Shown one piece after another: positions 56,666 to 64,000 of a stretch of 64,000 bases of DNA (its first letter is position 1; each line of letters opens with the position of its first letter). The translations under genes were made by a program, and so were the position numbers. The notes under the pieces are model-generated. The model had not been told where the DNA came from, did no database searches, and was given only the letters and a program-made list of their open reading frames with translations. Origin of the DNA: a virus; the IMG/VR virus record IMGVR_UViG_3300023184_000070, positions 22,776-86,775 of that record, one strand, 5' to 3'.

Positions 56666-57223
56666 TTACAGGGGAAAATGCTGGTAATGAGAGTCCAAGT
56701 TCCATGTAACCATGTCCACCGGGACGCCATCGTGCGTTTGTACAGTGACACCCAAGCTCTGATACCGCTGCCAAAACCAATAGATGTCGGGAGTGGTAGA
56801 CCCCAATCGAGTTGAGTTCAGTTTCTTGTGCTTGGCCTTGCTCAAGCGACACGTTGGGATGTTCATGGCTTCATCTACTGTGATGCGGCCCACAATCAGC
56901 AGATCACGTGCCACTGCCTGAGGAATGATGTGCTCGAACTCGGTCTTGGTGCCGGGCTTGAGCCCCATTTCAAAATAGTGAGCACCAATGTTTTCCTTGA
57001 TAGCATAATTATGATAGCGGCGTAACAGGAAGTCGATTGCATCGCGGATCAGTCGCGCAAATTGATCTTCTACCTTTAGCAGTCGGTACATTCGAACCAT
57101 AAAAGTAAGGCCGCGGCGCACGAATTTATTAGTGGCATCGTAACTGGGTCCGCCACGTTTGACTGGAGTGGGTTTCTTCTGTACGAAACCGTCCAGGCGC
57201 TGTTGTAGTGGTAGTGCTGCCAT
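56666..57223 (-). CDS. Hypothetical protein with HNH-like 'EHIIP' motif
   Basis: Start MAALP at 57223 abuts the upstream stop; 'EFEHIIP...N.P.C.L...H' pattern. Confidence 0.6.
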   Translation of the reverse strand: MAALPLQQRLDGFVQKKPTPVKRGGPSYDATNKFVRRGLTFMVRMYRLLKVEDQFARLIRDAIDFLLRRYHNYAIKENIGAHYFEMGLKPGTKTEFEHIIPQAVARDLLIVGRITVDEAMNIPTCRLSKAKHKKLNSTRLGSTTPDIYWFWQRYQSLGVTVQTHDGVPVDMVTWNLDSHYQHFPL

Positions 57224-57224
57224 T

Positions 57225-58415
57225 TTAGAACAAGTCCTTGGCGTCAATAGCAAACACACTGAACGGTTGCTTGGGATAAGCAAAGTTAGCACCTTTAGGC
57301 GTGGCCCAGGTGACGCTCATCTGTTGCCAAAAGAACGCAATACCTTGTGGAGTATTCTTAGCATTGCGCGGGGGTTGGGGCCACAGGTGCTTGGGCATAC
57401 CTTTATGCATTTTATTATATGCATTGATGTTGGCGTTATGTACCTGAACCCAATATTCGCTCTTGGCATCAAAGTTTGCATCAAACAAGTCAATGCAATG
57501 ATTTGTTAAGTCAACGATTTCTTCATCTGAGTAGCTGATATCTTGCTGTTCGCACAAGTTCAAAAACTCCAGTATGATAGGACTCTCTTTGCTGTTGATG
57601 GCTCGTTGTTGCACATCTACTATGTGCCCGGCATAGATTGAGAACTTGCGTACCACTTCCACGCTAGACTCCATTATTCCCTCAAGACGACTCAGCGCAC
57701 CAATTGCGTTGGTGTTGTTGAACTTTTCGGCAGTCACAAACACACCAGCTGCATCGAGGTGTTGCCATTTAGCATGAGCATGTACCCACTCAAGTTGAGT
57801 GACACCATCAATTTCAACGCCATAGATCATCTGTTCAAAGATGTCAATAAGGTCTAGGGGCTTTTTACCTGCGTTCTTACCAGTGGTAGTGTTCATGTTG
57901 ATAAACAGGTTACGCAAGTCGGCACGGCTAGTAACATCATAGATGTTGGCAGGAACCATCACTGTGGTAAGGTCCAAGTTGAGTGCATCACGTGCAATCA
58001 AATACATGGCCAGTGCAGTATGCTGGCTGTCCCATGCGCCCCAACCAATGTCACGGCCAAACACCTGCATGGGTTGTGCCTGGTAGTCGCGGAAGTTAGT
58101 GATGATCTTGATGATCCACTGCAAGTCGGGTTCCCGTTGCATGGTGGTGTCAATCATGATATCCATTAAGGGAATATCTTGTGCCTGCACCAATCGAAAT
58201 ATTTTTCGATTTTTAAAATCTTTAACATTAGGGTAACTCTTCTTAAAGGCTTGTATGGCCTTTTTAAGACTCAGTGCCCAATTAGCCTTTGCCTGTGCAG
58301 TAGGCAAAGAGTTGATGGTGTTGTTTAACCGATCAACTAGAGTAATAAAGTGAGAAGTAGAGTTGCGAAATTTCGCATTACGCTGAGCCGCGTAGAGAGA
58401 GTTGGCCTTGGCCAT
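57225..58415 (-). CDS. ParB/Srx-like (DGQHR-related) domain protein
   Basis: 'IDTTMQR', 'WDSQHT', 'LFINMN' resemble the QR / DGQH / F..N motifs of DndB/DUF262-like proteins. Confidence 0.6.
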   Translation of the reverse strand: MAKANSLYAAQRNAKFRNSTSHFITLVDRLNNTINSLPTAQAKANWALSLKKAIQAFKKSYPNVKDFKNRKIFRLVQAQDIPLMDIMIDTTMQREPDLQWIIKIITNFRDYQAQPMQVFGRDIGWGAWDSQHTALAMYLIARDALNLDLTTVMVPANIYDVTSRADLRNLFINMNTTTGKNAGKKPLDLIDIFEQMIYGVEIDGVTQLEWVHAHAKWQHLDAAGVFVTAEKFNNTNAIGALSRLEGIMESSVEVVRKFSIYAGHIVDVQQRAINSKESPIILEFLNLCEQQDISYSDEEIVDLTNHCIDLFDANFDAKSEYWVQVHNANINAYNKMHKGMPKHLWPQPPRNAKNTPQGIAFFWQQMSVTWATPKGANFAYPKQPFSVFAIDAKDLF

Positions 58416-58517
58416 AGTAGTTCCTTAAGTTGGTAGCGAATACAGCAATAGCGACCCAATGCCACTATCCCTGTTTTTATCACTAGCTAAAATAGGTTAA
58501 TTTCTTAACTTACACCA

Positions 58518-58546
58518 AGTATACAACAGAATCAGTTACTTGTCAA
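58518..58546 (-). promoter_or_regulatory. Sigma70 early promoter (TTGACA-17-TATACT)
   Basis: Near-consensus hexamers and spacing. Confidence 0.8.
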
Positions 58547-58566
58547 CTACTTTTGGGCGTATGCGG

Positions 58567-59307
58567 TTATTTTATAACACGCACAGCAACTTTTTGGTGC
58601 CTGCCTACTCGTCCAATGTACTCATAACGTACACCAAATGCCCTTACATGCTCTTGCCAGGCCCTAAACTCATCCAGCTGCCATCCGGGATAATTCATGT
58701 ACTCGTCAAAGATGATTACAGTACCGGGCACGATTTGGTCCTTGAGCCTGCTGAGTACAGTGGCGGCACTGCTATACAAATCGCAGTCAACATGCAGTAG
58801 AGCAATGGGTTGGTTATGCGCCTGCACAAAGCCTGGTAAGGTCTCATTGAACCAACCCACTACTAGTTCGCAGTTGCGGCGTACCGCAGGCAAGTTGCTC
58901 CTGGCAAAGAATCCTTTCTGCATCCTGCTGGTCCAATCCTCAGGAAGACCTTTGAATCCATCAAAGCCATATATGGTCTTAAATGGTAGTACTCTACCAA
59001 AATGGTTAAGTGTGCGTCCAGTAGCTACACCAAACTCCAGTACCAAACCATGCTCTAGTAGTTCTAGATCCAATTGTGACTTGGCGATCCAATCATGTAA
59101 GTCGTAGTCGGTATCAAAGTTAGGAACTGTTCGCATGTTGGCAATAACATAGCGAGCAGACTCTTCACTGGCCAGTCTTGTGGCAGTAAAATCAACGTCA
59201 ATGACATCAGTGTATTGACCTAGTAAAGTCTTTTGTGATCGACTTGGCTGCGGATAGCGCAACCATTCTTCAATGCGATCCAGTGTGCGGTAGAATTTAT
59301 TAATCAT
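58567..59307 (-). CDS. TylF/MycF-like class I O-methyltransferase
   Basis: 'LEFGVATG', 'FDGF.GLPE.W', 'GWF.ETLP', 'LHVDCDLYSS', 'FDEY'. Confidence 0.88.
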   Translation of the reverse strand: MINKFYRTLDRIEEWLRYPQPSRSQKTLLGQYTDVIDVDFTATRLASEESARYVIANMRTVPNFDTDYDLHDWIAKSQLDLELLEHGLVLEFGVATGRTLNHFGRVLPFKTIYGFDGFKGLPEDWTSRMQKGFFARSNLPAVRRNCELVVGWFNETLPGFVQAHNQPIALLHVDCDLYSSAATVLSRLKDQIVPGTVIIFDEYMNYPGWQLDEFRAWQEHVRAFGVRYEYIGRVGRHQKVAVRVIK

Positions 59308-59308
59308 A

Positions 59309-59668
59309 TTATGTAATCAGTATTTTTTGTTTGTCTCGTCGATCGCTATACATCTTATTCCCTCGTGCGCGGATTAGTTCAGCAGACCCTTGCGGATCCA
59401 GCTCAAACATGTCACGCAGATCTTGTTCGGTGACTGTGCTGTCTACTAGGATGGTATAAATTTCGTAGTGACGCTGCGTGTTGAACTTGGCACGTAGAGT
59501 AATTGCTTGAACGATACTGTTGAGATCATGCCCACGACCTTGATCTTTCCGATCGGCTAGTATATCCCACATACGCTTGCGATCAAGATCGCTGGCATTG
59601 ATACAGGCTTCTAAGCCTTCTTGGTCCCAGCTTAATAGGAAAATGTCACCACCTAATTCTTCTGTCAT
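59309..59668 (-). CDS. Hypothetical protein
   Basis: 119-aa ORF coupled to neighbours. Confidence 0.7.
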   Translation of the reverse strand: MTEELGGDIFLLSWDQEGLEACINASDLDRKRMWDILADRKDQGRGHDLNSIVQAITLRAKFNTQRHYEIYTILVDSTVTEQDLRDMFELDPQGSAELIRARGNKMYSDRRDKQKILIT

Positions 59669-59904
59669 GCTCGTTTGCCTGCAAATAGTTTACGATCTGA
59701 GAACTCACGTGACATATAGAACTTCAACAATTCTTCCGAAGCATATGTTCTTACATCTGTATTAGGTGGGCAATAGAAGACCACAGGACATTTACCCCAA
59801 GTGCCGGTACGATGAAACTGTGTTACATAGCGTCTATGATCAATGTTCTCAGGATTAAAGAACACCACTTGTCGTTTATAAACATCTAATACAGTTGCGG
59901 TCAT
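59665..59904 (-). CDS. Hypothetical protein
   Basis: Start MTATVL at 59904, downstream of a sigma70 promoter. Confidence 0.65.
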   Translation of the reverse strand: MTATVLDVYKRQVVFFNPENIDHRRYVTQFHRTGTWGKCPVVFYCPPNTDVRTYASEELLKFYMSREFSDRKLFAGKRA

Positions 59905-59928
59905 GATAGTTATTACAGTTAAAAATAT

Positions 59929-59957
59929 ATTGTACAAGGAATAGTTTAGTTTGTCAA
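59929..59957 (-). promoter_or_regulatory. Sigma70 early promoter (TTGACA-17-TACAAT)
   Basis: Near-consensus hexamers and spacing. Confidence 0.75.
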
Positions 59958-59959
59958 GC

Positions 59960-60328
59960 CTAGTGATTGTCTAAGTCATCAAGATATTTGGCCAAGTTGC
60001 TGTTGTGTAGTGTTAACATAACCGCAGTCTCTTCATCAAATACCACAATGGACTTTATACTATCTATATAGTATGGATAATGGATATGTCTTTCTAATCT
60101 CAGTAACACCCGGGCCACAATGGTTTTAGGTAATTCAAATTCATATGAAGTAAACTTCAATTGGTTACATAAGTACAACCACCCGGTTTTAGTTAATCGC
60201 ATGCTGCGTATGTTGGTTGGATTATACCATAGTACCCCACGTGCTGTAGCTCTGCCGGCAATGCCGTCTGGATCTAGCTCACAGAATTTCGCAATCCACT
60301 CAAGCTGATCGGGGGAATATTTGGTCAC
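59960..60328 (-). CDS. Hypothetical protein
   Basis: 122-aa ORF in operon. Confidence 0.65.
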   Translation of the reverse strand: MTKYSPDQLEWIAKFCELDPDGIAGRATARGVLWYNPTNIRSMRLTKTGWLYLCNQLKFTSYEFELPKTIVARVLLRLERHIHYPYYIDSIKSIVVFDEETAVMLTLHNSNLAKYLDDLDNH

Positions 60329-60596
60329 CTTGTGTCAGCAATACCACAGCAAATTTATCAGTCTTGTACTGCTGATTTAATTTCTTTGCCAAGTTAATTG
60401 CATGTCCGGGGTTACTGAAGCTGACCTTCTTGTACTTGGGTCCTGGATAGGCCACTAAAATATTATGTGACTTCAAATTGATGGGTTTAGAGTCATAGAA
60501 TACAGCCCATATACCTTCGCTATTAAGCACTTGGTCGCACTTGTAGTTGACCTTATTCAGGTGTTCAAGTATAACAGTTGGTTTAGGTCTTGACAT
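60300..60596 (-). CDS. Hypothetical protein (MSRPKP N-terminus)
   Basis: 98-aa ORF; TAAATA at 60617-60622. Confidence 0.75.
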   Translation of the reverse strand: MSRPKPTVILEHLNKVNYKCDQVLNSEGIWAVFYDSKPINLKSHNILVAYPGPKYKKVSFSNPGHAINLAKKLNQQYKTDKFAVVLLTQGDQIFPRSA

Positions 60597-60647
60597 AATA
60601 TCGCTCGATGTACTTTTATTTATCTCGGTTTTGTGTGTAGTTAATGA

Positions 60648-61112
60648 TTATTTTGCTGGAATTGCAGTTTTTGCTTGTTCTTCAGTAATAAACGGACCCA
60701 GGTATTTGTATCTGTTGAGAGTAATAGACTTAGGACAAAATTGCGTAACCCAGCGACGATTGATCAGTAGTGCATAGTGCCCTGCACAAAATTGACTCTT
60801 GCTTTTAGGAGTTTTAGTATAAAACGGCAGTTGACGCTTGACATCATAAACTTCGTTGTAGCTATTTCCGCTGACAGGGAATCCATATATGTCTTTGTGT
60901 GCAACTTTTTTTACAGGCTGTGCTAGCTTACGCGATATTTGAATATTGTATCTGGCACTTAGTAATTTAATTGACGGAAAAGGTTCACGCCATTCATCAT
61001 GTACCAGTACTACTCCTGTAGGGCTAGCCTGTATGGTAGCTACTGGTTGACCATTATTTTCTACAATCCAAAATTTATTTTTAATTACTGGTTTGGCAAT
61101 CATTGAATTCAT
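60648..61112 (-). CDS. Hypothetical basic protein
   Basis: 154-aa ORF with AAGGA RBS. Confidence 0.7.
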   Translation of the reverse strand: MNSMIAKPVIKNKFWIVENNGQPVATIQASPTGVVLVHDEWREPFPSIKLLSARYNIQISRKLAQPVKKVAHKDIYGFPVSGNSYNEVYDVKRQLPFYTKTPKSKSQFCAGHYALLINRRWVTQFCPKSITLNRYKYLGPFITEEQAKTAIPAK

Positions 61113-61121
61113 ACTATTTCC

Positions 61122-61529
61122 TTATTTTGTTGCTGCTGCAATTTGTTTATATCCTGCCCAACTGGGATGAACACCATCTGGTTGTAACTGTGAAATGGGT
61201 ATTACTGTGTCGCCAAATCCTGCTGCTACTTCTCGTACTATAGCTTGTATATCGGGTTTAATGGCAGGCAATATCCAAAATACTCTTTTAGCTCGTACTG
61301 CTAATCGTATTCTTGAAATTTCTTCTAATGTTTTAACACCTTTGTGATCATTGGATCCAAGACTAATAATCATAGTTTCGGCAACGAGATTGTTACCTTG
61401 ATCTCGTTCAAGATAATCCTTGCGCCACTGCCAACTGTTTATACCACCCCGAGCATAGGCCACACACTCAGGTCTGTACTTAGCTGTGCCGACTGCGATA
61501 CTATCACCTATGATCAAACAATCAAGCAT
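61122..61529 (-). CDS. SGNH/GDSL hydrolase family protein
   Basis: 'IGDSI', 'LGSND', 'DGVHP' blocks. Confidence 0.88.
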   Translation of the reverse strand: MLDCLIIGDSIAVGTAKYRPECVAYARGGINSWQWRKDYLERDQGNNLVAETMIISLGSNDHKGVKTLEEISRIRLAVRAKRVFWILPAIKPDIQAIVREVAAGFGDTVIPISQLQPDGVHPSWAGYKQIAAATK

Positions 61530-61932
61530 ACACTTCTTCCTCTAGATATCGTACAAGTTCTTTATCCGTTGGCTCAACAGCGTAGTTGTGCTTGAAGAAT
61601 ATTTCATAACTGTCACTACCGTATTTGCCAATGCCATACAGCATCGTAGCATCATCGCCGTCCCAAGTCAAATAATCATGACTCATGCCCACCAGTCGCC
61701 GGTATCTAACATTGGTCATGCCCAAGGGAGAGATAATGCTTTTGACAAAATCTTCGTCGGCTGCAATTAAGGCTTCAGGTGTAGGGAACCAATATAGGAA
61801 TTCGGGCAGCGTGGTCTTGACTGGCTTGCGGCCAGTCTGGTTCAGCATGATCACGCCCACCATGTGTTCCCAACTGTTGGAGATCTGTTGTTGTACCATT
61901 AGATCATCACGCAAGGGTTTAAACCATTTCAT
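61522..61932 (-). CDS. HhH-GPD DNA glycosylase, MBD4-like catalytic domain
   Basis: 'MLNQT', 'PLG...R', 'LYGIGKYGSDSY.IF', 'P.DKEL..Y'. Confidence 0.8.
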   Translation of the reverse strand: MKWFKPLRDDLMVQQQISNSWEHMVGVIMLNQTGRKPVKTTLPEFLYWFPTPEALIAADEDFVKSIISPLGMTNVRYRRLVGMSHDYLTWDGDDATMLYGIGKYGSDSYEIFFKHNYAVEPTDKELVRYLEEEVYA

Positions 61933-62096
61933 GTACGTGACTCCTGTAGCAATCGTTTGAACTCGGACATGTGTGCTAGCTGTATGGTATGCAGGTAAAC
62001 ATACAGTTTAGTATCTGCAGGCCAGTTTTTTACCTTTTCGACAAATGCAGGGCTAACCTGTAGTTCTAAAAAATCAACGTAATCTTCTAAGGTCAT
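61929..62096 (-). CDS. Small hypothetical protein (55 aa, below ORF-track cutoff)
   Basis: MTLEDYVDFLELQV...; ATGA overlaps at both ends. Confidence 0.6.
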   Translation of the reverse strand: MTLEDYVDFLELQVSPAFVEKVKNWPADTKLYVYLHTIQLAHMSEFKRLLQESRT

Positions 62097-62281
62097 TCTT
62101 TTGCTCCAAAGTGCATGTCAATTAGTCGATCAATGCTGCGCCCAAGTGGATTGTTGGCTCGTGCTACGACAGCAACACATTCTTGAATAATTAACTCTGC
62201 ATATTTTTCGTGATTAAATCTCAGTCCAAATTCACTCATTTCCCAGCATTGGGGTTCAAGTTGTTGTATTAATTTTCTCAT
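62093..62281 (-). CDS. Small protein of the 'K(F/Y)AELI' paralogue family
   Basis: 'EKYAELIIQEC...HFG'. Confidence 0.7.
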   Translation of the reverse strand: MRKLIQQLEPQCWEMSEFGLRFNHEKYAELIIQECVAVVARANNPLGRSIDRLIDMHFGAKE

Positions 62282-62373
62282 TGTCTATCTACCCTAGAAT
62301 CTATATTGGAACGATGGCACATATACAGTACTCCTACAATGTATCCTAACAAAAACCCCCAGAAGAAGGTCAT
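62278..62373 (-). CDS. Small membrane peptide (31 aa)
   Basis: MTFFWGFLLGYIVGVLYMC...; ATGA overlaps at both ends. Confidence 0.55.
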   Translation of the reverse strand: MTFFWGFLLGYIVGVLYMCHRSNIDSRVDRQ

Positions 62374-62660
62374 TCTAAAACTCCATATTCTGCTTGAAGG
62401 TCGTACAATGCTTTACGTACCTTTACTGCCACAGGTTTATACTTATCAGGATGTATAGGATGATAGGTATATTCCATACCCGCCCATGTCTTGCTACCTG
62501 TCAATAGTTTATCAACCTCTACTAGAATTTGAAATCTAGGATCAGCCCACATCTTAATTACATTATCGGGAACAGTGGGCATCTGAATTTTAACTGGTCC
62601 GCATACATGAGCAGTATCGCCTGTACCCTTGTCATCATATCCGCATTTATCACATTTCAT
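62370..62660 (-). CDS. Hypothetical protein with N-terminal zinc-ribbon-like motif
   Basis: 'MKCDKCG...H.C'. Confidence 0.65.
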   Translation of the reverse strand: MKCDKCGYDDKGTGDTAHVCGPVKIQMPTVPDNVIKMWADPRFQILVEVDKLLTGSKTWAGMEYTYHPIHPDKYKPVAVKVRKALYDLQAEYGVLE

Positions 62661-62872
62661 ATTGGAGGATTACCTTCTACAAAATTGGTTAACTTAAAAT
62701 TATCAAAACATTTTGGGCAAAGAGCATTATGACTTGGCCCACCGTGTCCACTGATAACGGCTTTACAATCATGGCAAATAATAAATGCCGCAGTGTAAAT
62801 GTAGCCACGAGGTTGAATAATAGGTTTCCAAGTATCTTTACTTGTTTTGGCGTAGCCTAAAATATCACTCAT
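62657..62872 (-). CDS. Small zinc-finger-like protein
   Basis: CHDC...CPKC; start MSDIL at 62872 via ATGA overlap. Confidence 0.65.
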   Translation of the reverse strand: MSDILGYAKTSKDTWKPIIQPRGYIYTAAFIICHDCKAVISGHGGPSHNALCPKCFDNFKLTNFVEGNPPI

Positions 62873-63159
62873 TCTGTACATCCAAAATGTGTTCTAATCT
62901 TATCCAGTAGAACAATGATTTCACTTTTCCTACCTACCCTAATTCCAACATCTCTAGTGTTCTCACCTTCTGTATCTACTGGCATATTATTAAGTTCATA
63001 CCACTCTGTTTTCATAATGTACAGGTGTTCCCGCACAATCAACTCGGCGAACTTTTCTTTATTGAATGTTTCAACTTTCGTAGCATACAATCTCCACCCA
63101 TCGTCCTCGTAAGTAGTTGTAGTAGCCTGTTCAGCAAGTTCTCGAATTCGTTCGTTCAT
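62869..63159 (-). CDS. Small protein of the 'MNERI...KFAELI' paralogue family
   Basis: MNERIRELAEQA...EKFAELIV...HFG. Confidence 0.75.
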   Translation of the reverse strand: MNERIRELAEQATTTTYEDDGWRLYATKVETFNKEKFAELIVREHLYIMKTEWYELNNMPVDTEGENTRDVGIRVGRKSEIIVLLDKIRTHFGCTE

Positions 63160-63422
63160 TCTGTTTTTCCTCTTCTTCTGATTGCTGCTTGCAATGCACA
63201 AAAATCGTCATGTGCTTTACGGGTTGTCTCCGCGTGTTTGTTGCTATGGCAATGAATAGACCACCACTTTCGTGCAAATTCTTCAACCTCCCTAGCACAC
63301 TCCTCTATAATCAACTCGGCGAACTTTTCTGCATTGAGCAGCCGAATCTTAGTATCTGGGTCAGCCATATTAGGCACCCATTCCATCGCCTGTTCTTTTA
63401 ATAGTTTAATATGTTCGTTCAT
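63156..63422 (-). CDS. Small protein of the 'MNERI...KFAELI' paralogue family
   Basis: MNEHIKLLKEQA...EKFAELIIEEC. Confidence 0.75.
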   Translation of the reverse strand: MNEHIKLLKEQAMEWVPNMADPDTKIRLLNAEKFAELIIEECAREVEEFARKWWSIHCHSNKHAETTRKAHDDFCALQAAIRRRGKTE

Positions 63423-63561
63423 TATAGTTTCCCGGAGTTTGCACCACACTCAACTGTTCGATTCGTTCTGCCGCCATCAACAACAGCATTTCAAGAGCAA
63501 TGTTATCTTTCGCACTCCTGGCAGCAGTTTTTAATGTTTCTGCTAATTCATAGTCTGTCAT
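63406..63561 (-). CDS. Small hypothetical protein (51 aa, below ORF-track cutoff)
   Basis: MTDYELAETLKTAA...MAAERIEQL; start coupled to the upstream TAA. Confidence 0.6.
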   Translation of the reverse strand: MTDYELAETLKTAARSAKDNIALEMLLLMAAERIEQLSVVQTPGNYNERTY

Positions 63562-63929
63562 TATTGTTTCTTCTTAGGTTTGTTATACGATTCCCAACTG
63601 CCATAACTAATATGAGGTAAATTCTCTTTCTGTTGTTGAGCAACATACTTTTTATATTCCTCGATCTGGTTGATGGCTGTGTCAAGCATAGCGGTCGTAA
63701 TCTCGTTTGGATTTACTCCGAAATGTTTTAGTATATTCTGCTCACAATGAACAGGTATGTACGTTACTGAATCTAGAACCCAATCTCTTTCTGGAGTATG
63801 CGGTAGAGTTTTAGCAACTAAAGCACATTCTTTCACAATCAACTCGGCGAACTTTTTGTAATTGAAAGTTAGGCCAAATTCATTGTGTTCCCAGCATTGG
63901 GGTTCAAGTTGTTTGATTCGTTCGTTCAT
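63561..63929 (-). CDS. Small protein of the 'MNERI...KFAELI' paralogue family
   Basis: MNERIKQLEPQCWE...KKFAELIVKEC...HFG. Confidence 0.75.
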   Translation of the reverse strand: MNERIKQLEPQCWEHNEFGLTFNYKKFAELIVKECALVAKTLPHTPERDWVLDSVTYIPVHCEQNILKHFGVNPNEITTAMLDTAINQIEEYKKYVAQQQKENLPHISYGSWESYNKPKKKQ

Positions 63930-64000
63930 TTTTTATCTATACGTTTAATTAGATTATTCAATAGAGGACTAGGAGCCCGTGGATTAAATATCTGGAAACC

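Noticed and set aside
1-64000. Stop-codon reassignment
   Set aside because: Core genes are full length in the standard code and TAA, TAG and TGA all end genes.

Overview
A 64-kb segment of a large T4-like (Tevenvirinae-related) myophage genome, read in the standard genetic code. From left to right it holds the head module on the minus strand (gp20 portal, gp21 protease, scaffold, gp23 capsid, a pirin), then a tape-measure-like gene divergent from gp26/gp51-like hub chaperones. Next come a ~460-nt highly structured non-coding gap, a GIY-YIG nuclease and the gp46/gp47/gp55 cluster. A long plus-strand baseplate/tail-fibre module follows, including a 4099-aa protein and a collagen-like fibre. After it are a glycosyltransferase/radical-SAM/methyltransferase/epimerase cluster, thyA, and a minus-strand early region (MoxR-VWA pair, ParB-like plus HNH-like pair, TylF methyltransferase, MBD4-like glycosylase, an array of small paralogues). 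No tRNA, CRISPR array or IS element was seen. The most interesting observations are: a candidate large pseudoknotted ncRNA behind the GIY-YIG gene; a candidate -1 frameshift fusing gp26 to gp51; an apparent AUC start codon for the late sigma factor gp55; a compact pseudoknotted 5' leader RNA; a likely virion glycosylation pathway; and a split GmrSD-like gene pair. All family assignments come from motif recognition by eye; no searches or folding programs were run.
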